Source: Oscillospiraceae bacterium UBA6370 | Lineage (GTDB): Bacteria; Bacillota; Clostridia; Oscillospirales; Oscillospiraceae | DNA: 48,369 bases | NCBI GenBank assembly: GCA_002437735.1 | Contig: DJRC01000081.1 | Location: 1 to 48,369 of the forward strand | Direction of reading: 5' to 3' | Part shown: positions 1-8,170 of the stretch, in pieces | Layout of the letters: every line of letters begins with the position of its first letter | How positions within the stretch are numbered: the stretch's first letter is position 1 | The notes under the pieces: generated by a model | Seen by the model: only the letters and a program-made list of their open reading frames with translations | Database searches by the model: none | Told to the model about the DNA's origin: nothing | Position numbers and translations under genes: made by a program

Positions 1-2
1 AA

Positions 3-215
3 GCGGAGGAGCAGGCCGCGTCCGGCGACTTCGAGAAGGGCGACAAGGTCATACTGAACGGCCGCCTCTACCGCGACAGCTACGGGAATGGCCCAGGCCA
101 GACCCGGAGCAATTACCCCTGCACCATCACCATCAAGGTCGACACGTCCCGGCCCTGCCCCTACCACGTAGACGGCATCGGCTGGGTCTATCCGTCGAGC
201 CTCACAAAAGCGTAA
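3..215 (+). CDS. 3' end of tail/baseplate hub protein (XkdQ-like position) with C-terminal SH3-like domain (partial)
   Basis: Open frame from the window edge reads ...FEKGDKVILNG...PYHVDGIGWVYPSSLTKA*, with TAA at 213-215; it lies directly upstream of the spike/wedge genes. Confidence 0.65.
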   Translation, partial: AEEQAASGDFEKGDKVILNGRLYRDSYGNGPGQTRSNYPCTITIKVDTSRPCPYHVDGIGWVYPSSLTKA

Positions 216-227
216 AGGAGGGAGCGA

Positions 228-626
228 ATGAGCCAAGCAGAAGGCAATCCCGGAATGAACAACCTGGCACGGACGCTCCAGAGCCGCATGGCGGCCACCC
301 AGCAGGCCAACCAGGGCATGGCCGAGGACTTCGGCATCATCCAAGGCGATTATAGCCTCCTCACAAACACCTACCCCATCCCCATCCCGAAGAGCGACTA
401 CCTCGTATGCCGCCAACTCACCCTCGGCGACACCGGGGAAAAGCTGACGGACACCGCGACGGACGGGAGCCACGGAGGGCACACGGCCGGGGACGGGACG
501 CACACCCACAAGGTCCTTATCCCGGAGAAGATGCGGAAGCTGAAGCCGGGCGACCGTGTCCTTGTGAAGTGGGTCCAGAACGACGCCGTCGTCATCGACA
601 TCGTTCTCCCGGCCTCCGTGCTTTGA
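228..626 (+). CDS. Phage baseplate spike-like protein (XkdR/DUF2577-like)
   Basis: SD AAGGAGG; His-rich tip (SHGGH...THTH) followed by LKPGDRVLV; position before the xkdS-like gene. Confidence 0.7.
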   Translation: MSQAEGNPGMNNLARTLQSRMAATQQANQGMAEDFGIIQGDYSLLTNTYPIPIPKSDYLVCRQLTLGDTGEKLTDTATDGSHGGHTAGDGTHTHKVLIPEKMRKLKPGDRVLVKWVQNDAVVIDIVLPASVL

Positions 627-639
627 GAGGAGGAACCGC

Positions 640-1086
640 ATGGCAAATCAACTTTTCCCGGTATTCGACGTGCCGGAAGTAAGCACCCCGGCCGCGGCCA
701 GCGAGCGGAAATACAAGCCGAGCGTCTACTTCGACTATGACCTGGGCGACTTCCGACGCGACAGCGGCGGCAACATGGTCGAGGCCAGCGGGCATGACGC
801 CTACATCCAATGGTGCCTGAAGACCTGCATGACCGAGCGCTTCACGCGCCTCGCCTACTCCACAGACATCGGCACGGAGCTGATAGACGCCCTCGACCAG
901 GACACCCGCGAGGCCGTCGAGAGCGCCGTCGAGCGCACCATCACCGAAGCGCTCATGGTAAACCCGCGGACCGAATACGTCCGCGCCTTCACTTTCACAT
1001 GGGAAGCCGCCGAGCTTCGCTGCACCTTCATCGTCAAGGGCCGCGAGTGGGAAGAGCGGCAGCTTTCCGTCAACTACACGCAGTAA
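640..1086 (+). CDS. Baseplate wedge protein, XkdS/DUF2634 (gp25-like)
   Basis: Motifs QWCLKTCMTERF..AYSTDIG.E and ERTITEALMVNPR; lies immediately before baseplate J. Confidence 0.85.
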   Translation: MANQLFPVFDVPEVSTPAAASERKYKPSVYFDYDLGDFRRDSGGNMVEASGHDAYIQWCLKTCMTERFTRLAYSTDIGTELIDALDQDTREAVESAVERTITEALMVNPRTEYVRAFTFTWEAAELRCTFIVKGREWEERQLSVNYTQ

Positions 1087-1098
1087 GGAGGGCCACCT

Positions 1099-2229
1099 AT
1101 GGCAGATTTTGTGCTCCCCTCCTGGCTGAACGACCAGGACGCGGAGACCATACAGCAGCGCATGATGAAGGCGCTCCCCGCCGACATCGACAACACCGAG
1201 GGCGGCTTCCCCTACGACTTCACCATGCCGACGGCGCTGGAGAAGGCGGAGCTTTTAGAGTTCTTCTTGCCGGAGACCCTGAAAATCATGTTTCCACAGT
1301 GGGCCTACGGCGAATGGCTGGACCTTCACGCAAAGGGCGTCGGCCTCACCCGGAAGCCCGCGAACCAGGCGTCCGGCTACCTCACTGTGACCGGCATCGC
1401 CGGGACAGTCATCCCGGCCGGCTTCACCTTCGCGGTCCCGGCCATCGACGACAGCCCGGCCATTGAGTACCAGACCCAGGAGGAGGCCGTCATCGGCGAA
1501 GACGGCGAGGTTTCCATCTACGTCGTCGCCGTAGAGGCAGGCACAGGCGGGAACGCGCCGGCCGGAAGCATCGCCATCATGGCGAAGCCCATGACCGGCA
1601 TCACCAGCATCACGAACCCGCAGGCCATGACCGGCGGCACGGCAGAAGAGGACGACGACGGCCTCCGCGCTCGTATCGCCGAAATCGACCACGCGGCCGG
1701 CTCTTCTTTCGTCGGCTGCGATGCGGACTACATCCGCTGGGCGAAGGAAGTGCCCGGCGTCGGAACGGTCCTAATCGACACGCAGTATGAAGTGGACCAC
1801 CCGAACTGGGTCCGCCTCGTCATCCTCGACAGCAACGGCGAACCGGCCAACGAACAGATCCGCAGCGCCGTCTATGACCACATCATGGGGCCGGAGGAGC
1901 GGAGCATCAAGCGCCTGGCGCCCATCGGAGCCATCCTGTTCGTGGAGGCCCCGAACGGCACCACAATCTACTACTACATTTCCGGCCTGAAGCTGGAGCC
2001 GGAGGCGGACGGGGAGACCGTTCTCGAAGCCTTCCGGGAGAACCTACGCACCTACTACGTCACCGCCAAGGAAGAAGGCGTCGTCCGCCATACCCGCGTC
2101 TGCGCCGTCCTCTCCAGGACCGCAGGCGTCGTCGACTTCGGCGGCCTCACCATGAACGGCGACACCGAAAACATCAACATCCTGACTGACGGCTACCCCG
2201 TCACAGGAGAAGTGAAAACGGGGGAATAA
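1099..2229 (+). CDS. Baseplate J / XkdT-like protein
   Basis: Motifs A.GEWLDLHA..VGLTRKPA, GG...EDDDGLRARI and DYIRWAKEVPGVG. Confidence 0.93.
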   Translation: MADFVLPSWLNDQDAETIQQRMMKALPADIDNTEGGFPYDFTMPTALEKAELLEFFLPETLKIMFPQWAYGEWLDLHAKGVGLTRKPANQASGYLTVTGIAGTVIPAGFTFAVPAIDDSPAIEYQTQEEAVIGEDGEVSIYVVAVEAGTGGNAPAGSIAIMAKPMTGITSITNPQAMTGGTAEEDDDGLRARIAEIDHAAGSSFVGCDADYIRWAKEVPGVGTVLIDTQYEVDHPNWVRLVILDSNGEPANEQIRSAVYDHIMGPEERSIKRLAPIGAILFVEAPNGTTIYYYISGLKLEPEADGETVLEAFRENLRTYYVTAKEEGVVRHTRVCAVLSRTAGVVDFGGLTMNGDTENINILTDGYPVTGEVKTGE

Positions 2230-2232
2230 GAA

Positions 2233-3042
2233 ATGGCATTTGACATTGAGCATTTCCCCACAAGCGCAGCGGCCAAGCGGATGCTTGACCGCGTTTCTCC
2301 GATTTACGAACAGTCCTATGTTGGTAAGTGGATTTACCAGGTCATGGGACTGGAAATGGATGAAGCCCGGCTTGCCTTCGAGGAGCTGCGGCTTCAGGCG
2401 TTTCCTGAAACGGCTACATGGGGGTTGAGATATTGGGAAGACCGATACGGACTACCGACGGACGAGGCCCGCGACCTGGAAGAACGACGCGCCGAGCTTT
2501 TGAGCCGACGCGGTGCCAGGGCGCCTATGAACCCCGCCCGTGTGGAAAACATCATCAGCAGCCTGCTCAACCTGCCCGTTTTTGTGACGGAAGACGTGGT
2601 GCCCTACACCTTTGCGGTGGAAATCGCCACGGGAGAGCGCGTGGTGGACTTGCTACGGGCATACGAGCGCCTCCTGGAAATCAAGCCGTCACACCAAGCG
2701 GTGCAGTTGATAACCAGGCACAAAACCATGGACGCGACGGCCAGGCTTGGCGCAGGAATGATGCTCTTCAGCATCACGCCGCTACCCGAACTGCCGGAGG
2801 ACCACAGCTTCATGGCCCAGGCAAGCATCGAGGGCGGCGCCCAAATCACCTCCAGGACCACCCTCCCGGAGATGGCCGAAGCACACCCATTCATCACCAC
2901 AGCGCAAGTGGCGGCAGCGGTCCAGGCCGCAACCTACACGCCGCTCCCGGAGTATGAAGCCCCCAGGCCGCCTCTGCGCGGCACCTGGGAAGTCAACGGA
3001 GCGGGAGCCATCATCACCAGCACCGCACTCCCAGAAATCTAA
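2233..3042 (+). CDS. Baseplate protein XkdU/YmfQ (DUF2313-like) with C-terminal repeats
   Basis: FPETATWGLRYWE..YGL and EIKPSH motifs; follows baseplate J. Confidence 0.85.
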   Translation: MAFDIEHFPTSAAAKRMLDRVSPIYEQSYVGKWIYQVMGLEMDEARLAFEELRLQAFPETATWGLRYWEDRYGLPTDEARDLEERRAELLSRRGARAPMNPARVENIISSLLNLPVFVTEDVVPYTFAVEIATGERVVDLLRAYERLLEIKPSHQAVQLITRHKTMDATARLGAGMMLFSITPLPELPEDHSFMAQASIEGGAQITSRTTLPEMAEAHPFITTAQVAAAVQAATYTPLPEYEAPRPPLRGTWEVNGAGAIITSTALPEI

Positions 3043-3063
3043 TCCAAGAGGAGGAGCAGCCCT

Positions 3064-4272
3064 ATGTACGGGTTCACCATCACGAAGCAGGGGCGCAAGC
3101 TCCTTGCTTCCCTTATTGCGGGCCAGCAGCTCGTCATCCTCGGCGTTCAGGTCGGCTCCGGCAAAGTGCCGGAAGGCCAGGACCCCCGCGACCTGACGGC
3201 CCTGATTGCGCCCTTCGCGGAAGCCACCACCACTACACCCGTGCGGGACAACGACAAGGTCTCCTTCATCGTTGAATACCGCAGCGACATGGGCGGCGGC
3301 CTCACGGAGGGACGTTACCTCAACGAGTACGGCGTATTTGCACTTGACCCGGAAGACGGCAAGGTGCTCCTTTACTACGCCAATCTCGGCGACTACCCGG
3401 AATGGGTATTCGCATACAGCGCCACCCAGCCCCCGACCATTCGCCGCTACCCCGTCCAAATCGGCGTGGCGACCGACGCCGAAGTTGTTCTCGACTTCAA
3501 AGCCGGCGCCTTCGTCACCGCGGACGAAGTAACGGCCCTTGTGAACAAGGCTGTGGAGGAGGCGGGCGGGACCAGCGAGGAGAAGGTCAAAAACCTTATC
3601 TCCGAGCACAATTCGGACCCGAACGCCCACAGCGAGGTCCTGGCGCAGGCCGTGCAGACCACATTCGACAAACTCGTCGAGCAGGGCACGGTCATCGACA
3701 AGGAGGAAGTGCAGACGCTCATCGCTCAGGCCATCGCGGCCGGCGGCGGAAGCTACGGCGGCCTCCTCGACCTCACTATTCCCGCTGCCGGATGGACCCC
3801 GGCGGAAGCCCCTACCGAAGAATACGCTTACACCTGCGACGTTGCAGCCGAAGGCGTCACCGCGGACCACTGGCCCATCGGTGCGCCGAAGCTCGGCAGC
3901 TTCACCGCGGGTCAGGAGGCAGGTGTCGTCGGCGGATGCGAAACCATGGACGGTTATGTCCGGTTCTACTCTAAGCGCATCCCGACCGTCGACATCCAGG
4001 CCGCCATCGTCGTCTTCACCCAGGGCAGCACCAGCGGGAACATCGCAACGAAGGACACACCCGGCGTTGTAAAGCCCGGCGATGGCCTCACCGTCGGAGA
4101 GGACGGAACGCTTTCCCTTGACCTCGGAAGCGGCCTCGCCCTCGACGAAACCGGCAAGGTCCAGGTCGACACCGAAACCGTTGTAACCGGCGCCGATATG
4201 GTAAACGAAGAAGAGGTCAAAAAAGACGTCGCGGACATCCTCAACGGGGAAGACGACGACGCAAATACTTAA
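3064..4272 (+). CDS. Tail fibre / tail-collar fibre protein
   Basis: N-terminal ITKQGRKLLA...VGSG...LNEYGVFA.DP..G.VLLYY (baseplate-attachment domain type); EHNSDPNAH and ATKDTPGVVKPGDGLTV.EDGTL fibre motifs. Confidence 0.8.
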   Translation: MYGFTITKQGRKLLASLIAGQQLVILGVQVGSGKVPEGQDPRDLTALIAPFAEATTTTPVRDNDKVSFIVEYRSDMGGGLTEGRYLNEYGVFALDPEDGKVLLYYANLGDYPEWVFAYSATQPPTIRRYPVQIGVATDAEVVLDFKAGAFVTADEVTALVNKAVEEAGGTSEEKVKNLISEHNSDPNAHSEVLAQAVQTTFDKLVEQGTVIDKEEVQTLIAQAIAAGGGSYGGLLDLTIPAAGWTPAEAPTEEYAYTCDVAAEGVTADHWPIGAPKLGSFTAGQEAGVVGGCETMDGYVRFYSKRIPTVDIQAAIVVFTQGSTSGNIATKDTPGVVKPGDGLTVGEDGTLSLDLGSGLALDETGKVQVDTETVVTGADMVNEEEVKKDVADILNGEDDDANT

Positions 4273-4290
4273 TTTTTGGAGGAACACATC

Positions 4291-5166
4291 ATGTCTAAGA
4301 ACATCACCACCAAGACCACCATCCAGAACCTCGCTGCCCAGATTAAGAAGGACTTCGTCAAGAAGACCGCCTTCACCCCCGTTGAGACCGCTGCCAAGAA
4401 CGCCTTCAAGAGCGCGAAGGTCGACGGCAACTCCGTCCAGTTCTTCACCAGCGCCGACAAGTCCGGCACCGCCGCCTTCACCTTCGATTTCCCGAAGGAA
4501 ATCTTCCTGGACCAGACCAAGACTGAGTTCGTCGACGTCTTCGCCTGGAGCGAGGCCACCTATCCCGGCTCCACCAATCCCAACCTGGAAGGCAAGCCCG
4601 TCATGGTCCTGGCCGTTAAGGGCAGCGACGACACCTGCACTTACTCCTTCCTGAACATGGCCTCCCTGGTCGATACCTACAAGGCCAAGGTCCAGGACAA
4701 GGACGCCTCCACCACCATCGAGATCGCTGGCTACGAGGTTGAGGTCAAGGTCAACATCTCCAAGGCGGACAACAACGCCCTGGAGCTGAAGGACGACGGC
4801 CTGTATGTCCCCAAGGCTGCGGTCGTCGACATCAGCGGCAAGGCCGACAAGGTCGCCAAGGCTACTGCCGGTAACCTCGCCGGCCTGGACGAGAACGGCA
4901 ACCTGACCGATTCCGGCAAGAAGGCCTCCGACTTCGTGACCGCCGAGGCCGGTAAGCGCCTGATGACCGACGAGGAGGGCACCAAGCTGGCCGGTATCGC
5001 CGAGGGCGCCACCAGGGTCGAGGCGTCTGCCACCAACGGCAACATCAAGGTCAACGGCGAGGAGAAGACCGTCTACACCCTGCCTGAGACTGTTCTGCAT
5101 GACAGCGACATCAGCGACTACACCGCCGAGGAGATCGCTGCCCTGCTGGCCGACGACGAGGGCTAA
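4291..5166 (+). CDS. Phage fibre-like structural protein
   Basis: SD GGAGG before ATG 4291; fibre-type motifs KADKV..ATAGNLAGLDENGNLTDSG and KLAGIAEGA; strongly biased codons. Confidence 0.65.
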   Translation: MSKNITTKTTIQNLAAQIKKDFVKKTAFTPVETAAKNAFKSAKVDGNSVQFFTSADKSGTAAFTFDFPKEIFLDQTKTEFVDVFAWSEATYPGSTNPNLEGKPVMVLAVKGSDDTCTYSFLNMASLVDTYKAKVQDKDASTTIEIAGYEVEVKVNISKADNNALELKDDGLYVPKAAVVDISGKADKVAKATAGNLAGLDENGNLTDSGKKASDFVTAEAGKRLMTDEEGTKLAGIAEGATRVEASATNGNIKVNGEEKTVYTLPETVLHDSDISDYTAEEIAALLADDEG

Positions 5167-5196
5167 TCCATAACCAGCCGAAGGAGGTAAAACCCC

Positions 5197-5664
5197 ATGG
5201 CAAGGAAGAAATTCAAACTTCCGCTTGATGTGGGGTTTCCCGCCCTGTGCAGTCATATCAAGGAAATCAGAAAGACCGCGGAGGATTCGTCCTCCGCGGT
5301 CTCTGCGCTGGCCCAGGCCACAAGCGACGCTCTCAACGAGGTCGACGGCATCCTCCAGGAGAAGCTCGACCTCGTTTCTCCCGTCAGTTTCACCATCCCG
5401 ACGACGGGATGGAAGACCGACAGCGCCGTTTCCGGCTACACCAAGTATTACGACCTCGCCGTCGACGGCCTCCTGGCCTCCGACATCGTGGCCGTTGACG
5501 TAGCCCCGGCCAGCACGGACATCGCCAGAGCGGCAAACTTCACCAACACCGAAACCCTCGCCGGGGTCCTGCGGCTCCGCGCTAAGAGCGTACCCACCGC
5601 AGCAATCACGGCGCAGTATCACATCACCAACACCGCAAAATACGCGGTGGAAGAGGAGGCATAA
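5197..5664 (+). CDS. Phage tail-associated hypothetical protein (possible fibre adaptor)
   Basis: SD AAGGAGG; N-terminal helical segment followed by a beta domain resembling part of the 3064-4272 protein. Confidence 0.65.
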   Translation: MARKKFKLPLDVGFPALCSHIKEIRKTAEDSSSAVSALAQATSDALNEVDGILQEKLDLVSPVSFTIPTTGWKTDSAVSGYTKYYDLAVDGLLASDIVAVDVAPASTDIARAANFTNTETLAGVLRLRAKSVPTAAITAQYHITNTAKYAVEEEA

Positions 5665-5666
5665 AA

Positions 5667-7496
5667 ATGGCATTTGGCCCCTTCAACGTGGGAGGCGGCT
5701 CCGCCCAGGGCGGCGGCTCTGCCTCCAGCGTTCTCTACGACAACAGCAAAACCCACATCGCGGCCAGTAACGTCCAGGACGCCCTCGACACCGTGCTGGA
5801 CGCGACCCTCCCGACCCTCGTCATCACGGCCCCGGCCGGAAGCGCCCTCGTCATCACCAACGGAAGCACCGTCATCAACGGCACCAGCGGCACCGACGGG
5901 ACCTTCACCACCAAGCTCCCGAACACCGGCACCTGGACCATCCAGGCCAGCAAGGACGGAGAGAGCACGGAGGGCACGGTCAATGCCGCGGAGGTTGGCG
6001 GCAACTACGCAATCACCCTGGCGTACTTCGCCGCCACCATCAACGTCACGGCCGTCGCCGGAGCGGTCGTCAAGGCCGTTTGCGGCTCCGATACCTTCTC
6101 CGCAACTGCGGCCAGCAACGGCAAGGCCGCCATCACCGTGAAGAAGGCCGGGACTTACACCATTTCCGGCACCTACGACGGAGCAGGCTCCAATACCGCC
6201 TCCGTCAACGTCACCACCAACGGCGCCAGCTACACCGCCACGGTGAAATTCATCACCCTGACCGTGACCGCGCCCGCAGGCAGCACCATCACCGCAAAGA
6301 ACGGCAGCACGACCAAGACCGGCACCGGCGGCACCGTCACCTTCTATCTCCCGAACACCGGCACCTGGACCGTCCAGGCGACGAAGAGCGGAGAAACGGC
6401 CAGCGACACCGTCAGCGTCACCGCCTACCAGGCATACAGCGTCGAGCTGGCCTACGTGAAGATTTACGGCGTTACGTGGGATAAGAGCAGCAAAACGACC
6501 CTGACCCGCACCGACGACGCTGCGCTCTTCACCGACCCCGTCCCCAGCGTTGGCGGCGCCGCAGGCTCCTCGCCTTTCGACAAATGCCTGCCCTGGTCCG
6601 GCATGGTGAAGGAGAGCCGCACCGGCGGCGTCATGGTGAAAATTCCGAAGTTCTGGTATAAGTGGACCGACGCCAACGGCACCCTGACGCTCCAGATTGC
6701 CGACAAGGCCGTTTCCGGCTTCCACGTCAGCCCGGCCCACGCGGACCGCGGCGACGGCAAGGGCGAGCGCGACTACGTCTACATCGGCCGCTATAAGTGC
6801 GCCGCCAGCACCTACAAGAGCGAGACCGGGAAGAAGCCGCAGACCAACCAGACCCGCGCCTCTTTCCGCACCAGCATCCACAACCTCGGCTCGAACATCT
6901 GGCAGCAGGACTTTGCGATGTTCTGGACGACCCGTATGCTCTACCTCGTCGAATACGCCAACTGGGACGGCCAGGCGGCCATCGGCTTCAACTGCGGCAA
7001 CAACAGCAGCACCGAGAATATGGGCACCACGGACAGCATGACGTATCACACCGGCACGAAGCTCTCCAGCAAGACGACCTACGGCACCGGCGTCCAGTAC
7101 CGCTGGATTGAGGACCCGTGGGGCAACGCCCTGGAGTGGTGCGACGGCATCTACTTCTCCGGCTCCAACGTCTACTGCATCAACAATCCCGCGAACTTCA
7201 GCGACAGCAGCGGAGGCACGAAGACCGGGACCAGACCGACCTCCGGCGGCTACATTTCCGCCTGGGGCATCCCGACGGTCTCCGGCTTTGAATACGCCCT
7301 CTATCCCTCTGCGGTCGCAGGCAGCGAGACCACCTACATCGCCGATTGCTGCAGCTACGACAGTTCCGGCGTGGTCCTCTGCGTGGGCGGCAACTGCAAC
7401 CAGTACCGCTACCACGGCCCGTTCTACCTGGACGGCAGCTACTCGGCCTCGTACTCGAACAGCGTCATCGGCTCCCGACTCCAAGAACTCCCCTGA
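5667..7496 (+). CDS. DGR target protein: receptor-binding tail protein with Ig-like repeats and C-terminal C-type-lectin-fold (FGE-like) variable domain
   Basis: YDN...NVQDALD fibre motif; three beta-sandwich repeats; IEDPWGNALEWCDG and C-terminal ...VGG...IGSRL pattern typical of DGR targets; the 3' end carries VR. Confidence 0.92.
   Translation: MAFGPFNVGGGSAQGGGSASSVLYDNSKTHIAASNVQDALDTVLDATLPTLVITAPAGSALVITNGSTVINGTSGTDGTFTTKLPNTGTWTIQASKDGESTEGTVNAAEVGGNYAITLAYFAATINVTAVAGAVVKAVCGSDTFSATAASNGKAAITVKKAGTYTISGTYDGAGSNTASVNVTTNGASYTATVKFITLTVTAPAGSTITAKNGSTTKTGTGGTVTFYLPNTGTWTVQATKSGETASDTVSVTAYQAYSVELAYVKIYGVTWDKSSKTTLTRTDDAALFTDPVPSVGGAAGSSPFDKCLPWSGMVKESRTGGVMVKIPKFWYKWTDANGTLTLQIADKAVSGFHVSPAHADRGDGKGERDYVYIGRYKCAASTYKSETGKKPQTNQTRASFRTSIHNLGSNIWQQDFAMFWTTRMLYLVEYANWDGQAAIGFNCGNNSSTENMGTTDSMTYHTGTKLSSKTTYGTGVQYRWIEDPWGNALEWCDGIYFSGSNVYCINNPANFSDSSGGTKTGTRPTSGGYISAWGIPTVSGFEYALYPSAVAGSETTYIADCCSYDSSGVVLCVGGNCNQYRYHGPFYLDGSYSASYSNSVIGSRLQELP
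5916..6379 (+). repeat. Intragenic 32-nt direct repeat (5916-5947 / 6348-6379) encoding LPNTGTWT(I/V)QA
   Basis: ctcccgaacaccggcacctggacc(a/g)tccaggc occurs twice with one mismatch. Confidence 0.85.
7340..7482 (+). repeat. DGR variable repeat (VR) including IMH
   Basis: Ungapped alignment to 7890-8032 (offset 550); all 15 mismatches lie opposite TR adenines. Confidence 0.97.
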
Positions 7497-7503
7497 TGGG
7501 GGA

Positions 7504-7523
7504 CCGGGGGCCGCAGCCCCCGG
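7504..7523 (+). promoter_or_regulatory. DGR post-VR hairpin/cruciform (8-bp GC stem, 4-nt loop)
   Basis: ccgggggc-cgca-gcccccgg just after the target stop codon; no U-tract; matches the geometry of the Bordetella phage BPP-1 retrohoming hairpin. Confidence 0.85.
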
Positions 7524-7565
7524 AGCTTCCGAAAAGCGTGAACCCACCGTAAGGAGAACCAGCCC

Positions 7566-7808
7566 ATGAGACAGAACAAAAAGCACACCCCCGCCGGGAG
7601 GCAGTACGCCAACACCGGCATGGGCGGGACCCCCTACGCAGTCCGGGAGACCACCACCCAAAACGGAGAGCGGCGCTGGGCCATCCAGCGCCGCTCGACC
7701 GCTACCGGGGAATGGATAAGCACCGGCCCCGCGGAATGGGAGACTCCCGCCGCAGCACAGGCCACCCTCGACCGCATCGCGCAGGCGAACGGGTGGCCCG
7801 CGATATAG
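7566..7808 (+). CDS. Small hypothetical protein (80 aa) in the DGR accessory-gene position
   Basis: SD AAGGAG at 7551-7556; lies between VR and TR; Trp-rich, predicted beta strands plus one C-terminal helix. Confidence 0.7.
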   Translation: MRQNKKHTPAGRQYANTGMGGTPYAVRETTTQNGERRWAIQRRSTATGEWISTGPAEWETPAAAQATLDRIAQANGWPAI

Positions 7809-7889
7809 TAAGACAAACCGGCACCCATTAGGGCGCCTCGGGATTGTCTGCGCCTTGGAGCCTCGGCCGTTTCCTGGCTGTTGCGCGTC

Positions 7890-8032
7890 CGCCGATTACT
7901 GCAACTACAACAGTTCCGGCGTGGTCCTCTACGTGGGCGGCAACTACAACCAGAACCGCAACCACGGCCCGTTCTACCTGAACGGCAACTACACGGCCTC
8001 GAACACGAACAGCAACATCGGCTCCCGACACC
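7890..8032 (+). ncRNA. DGR template repeat (TR) with IMH*
   Basis: Near-copy of VR; in the VR frame it contains 11 AAC and 6 TAC codons; 38 adenines in 7891-8030. Confidence 0.96.
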
Positions 8033-8170
8033 TTGTTAGCAAACCCCAGCACATCTATGGCGCAGGCTTTCGCGCACCGCTTGGTGAAGATATTGCCATC
8101 AGGACTTCGTTTAGTACGACCGGAAGGCACCTGGAAAGACGGAGAGGCAAACAAGGAAAGGTGACGACTT

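Noticed and set aside
5916..6379. LPNTG as a sortase LPxTG anchor
   Set aside because: Internal and repeated within beta-sandwich domains, with no following TM helix or basic tail.
2782..7661. Very long minus-strand ORFs (963 aa and 680 aa)
   Set aside because: Antisense shadows of strongly C-ending + strand phage genes; no motifs or SD.
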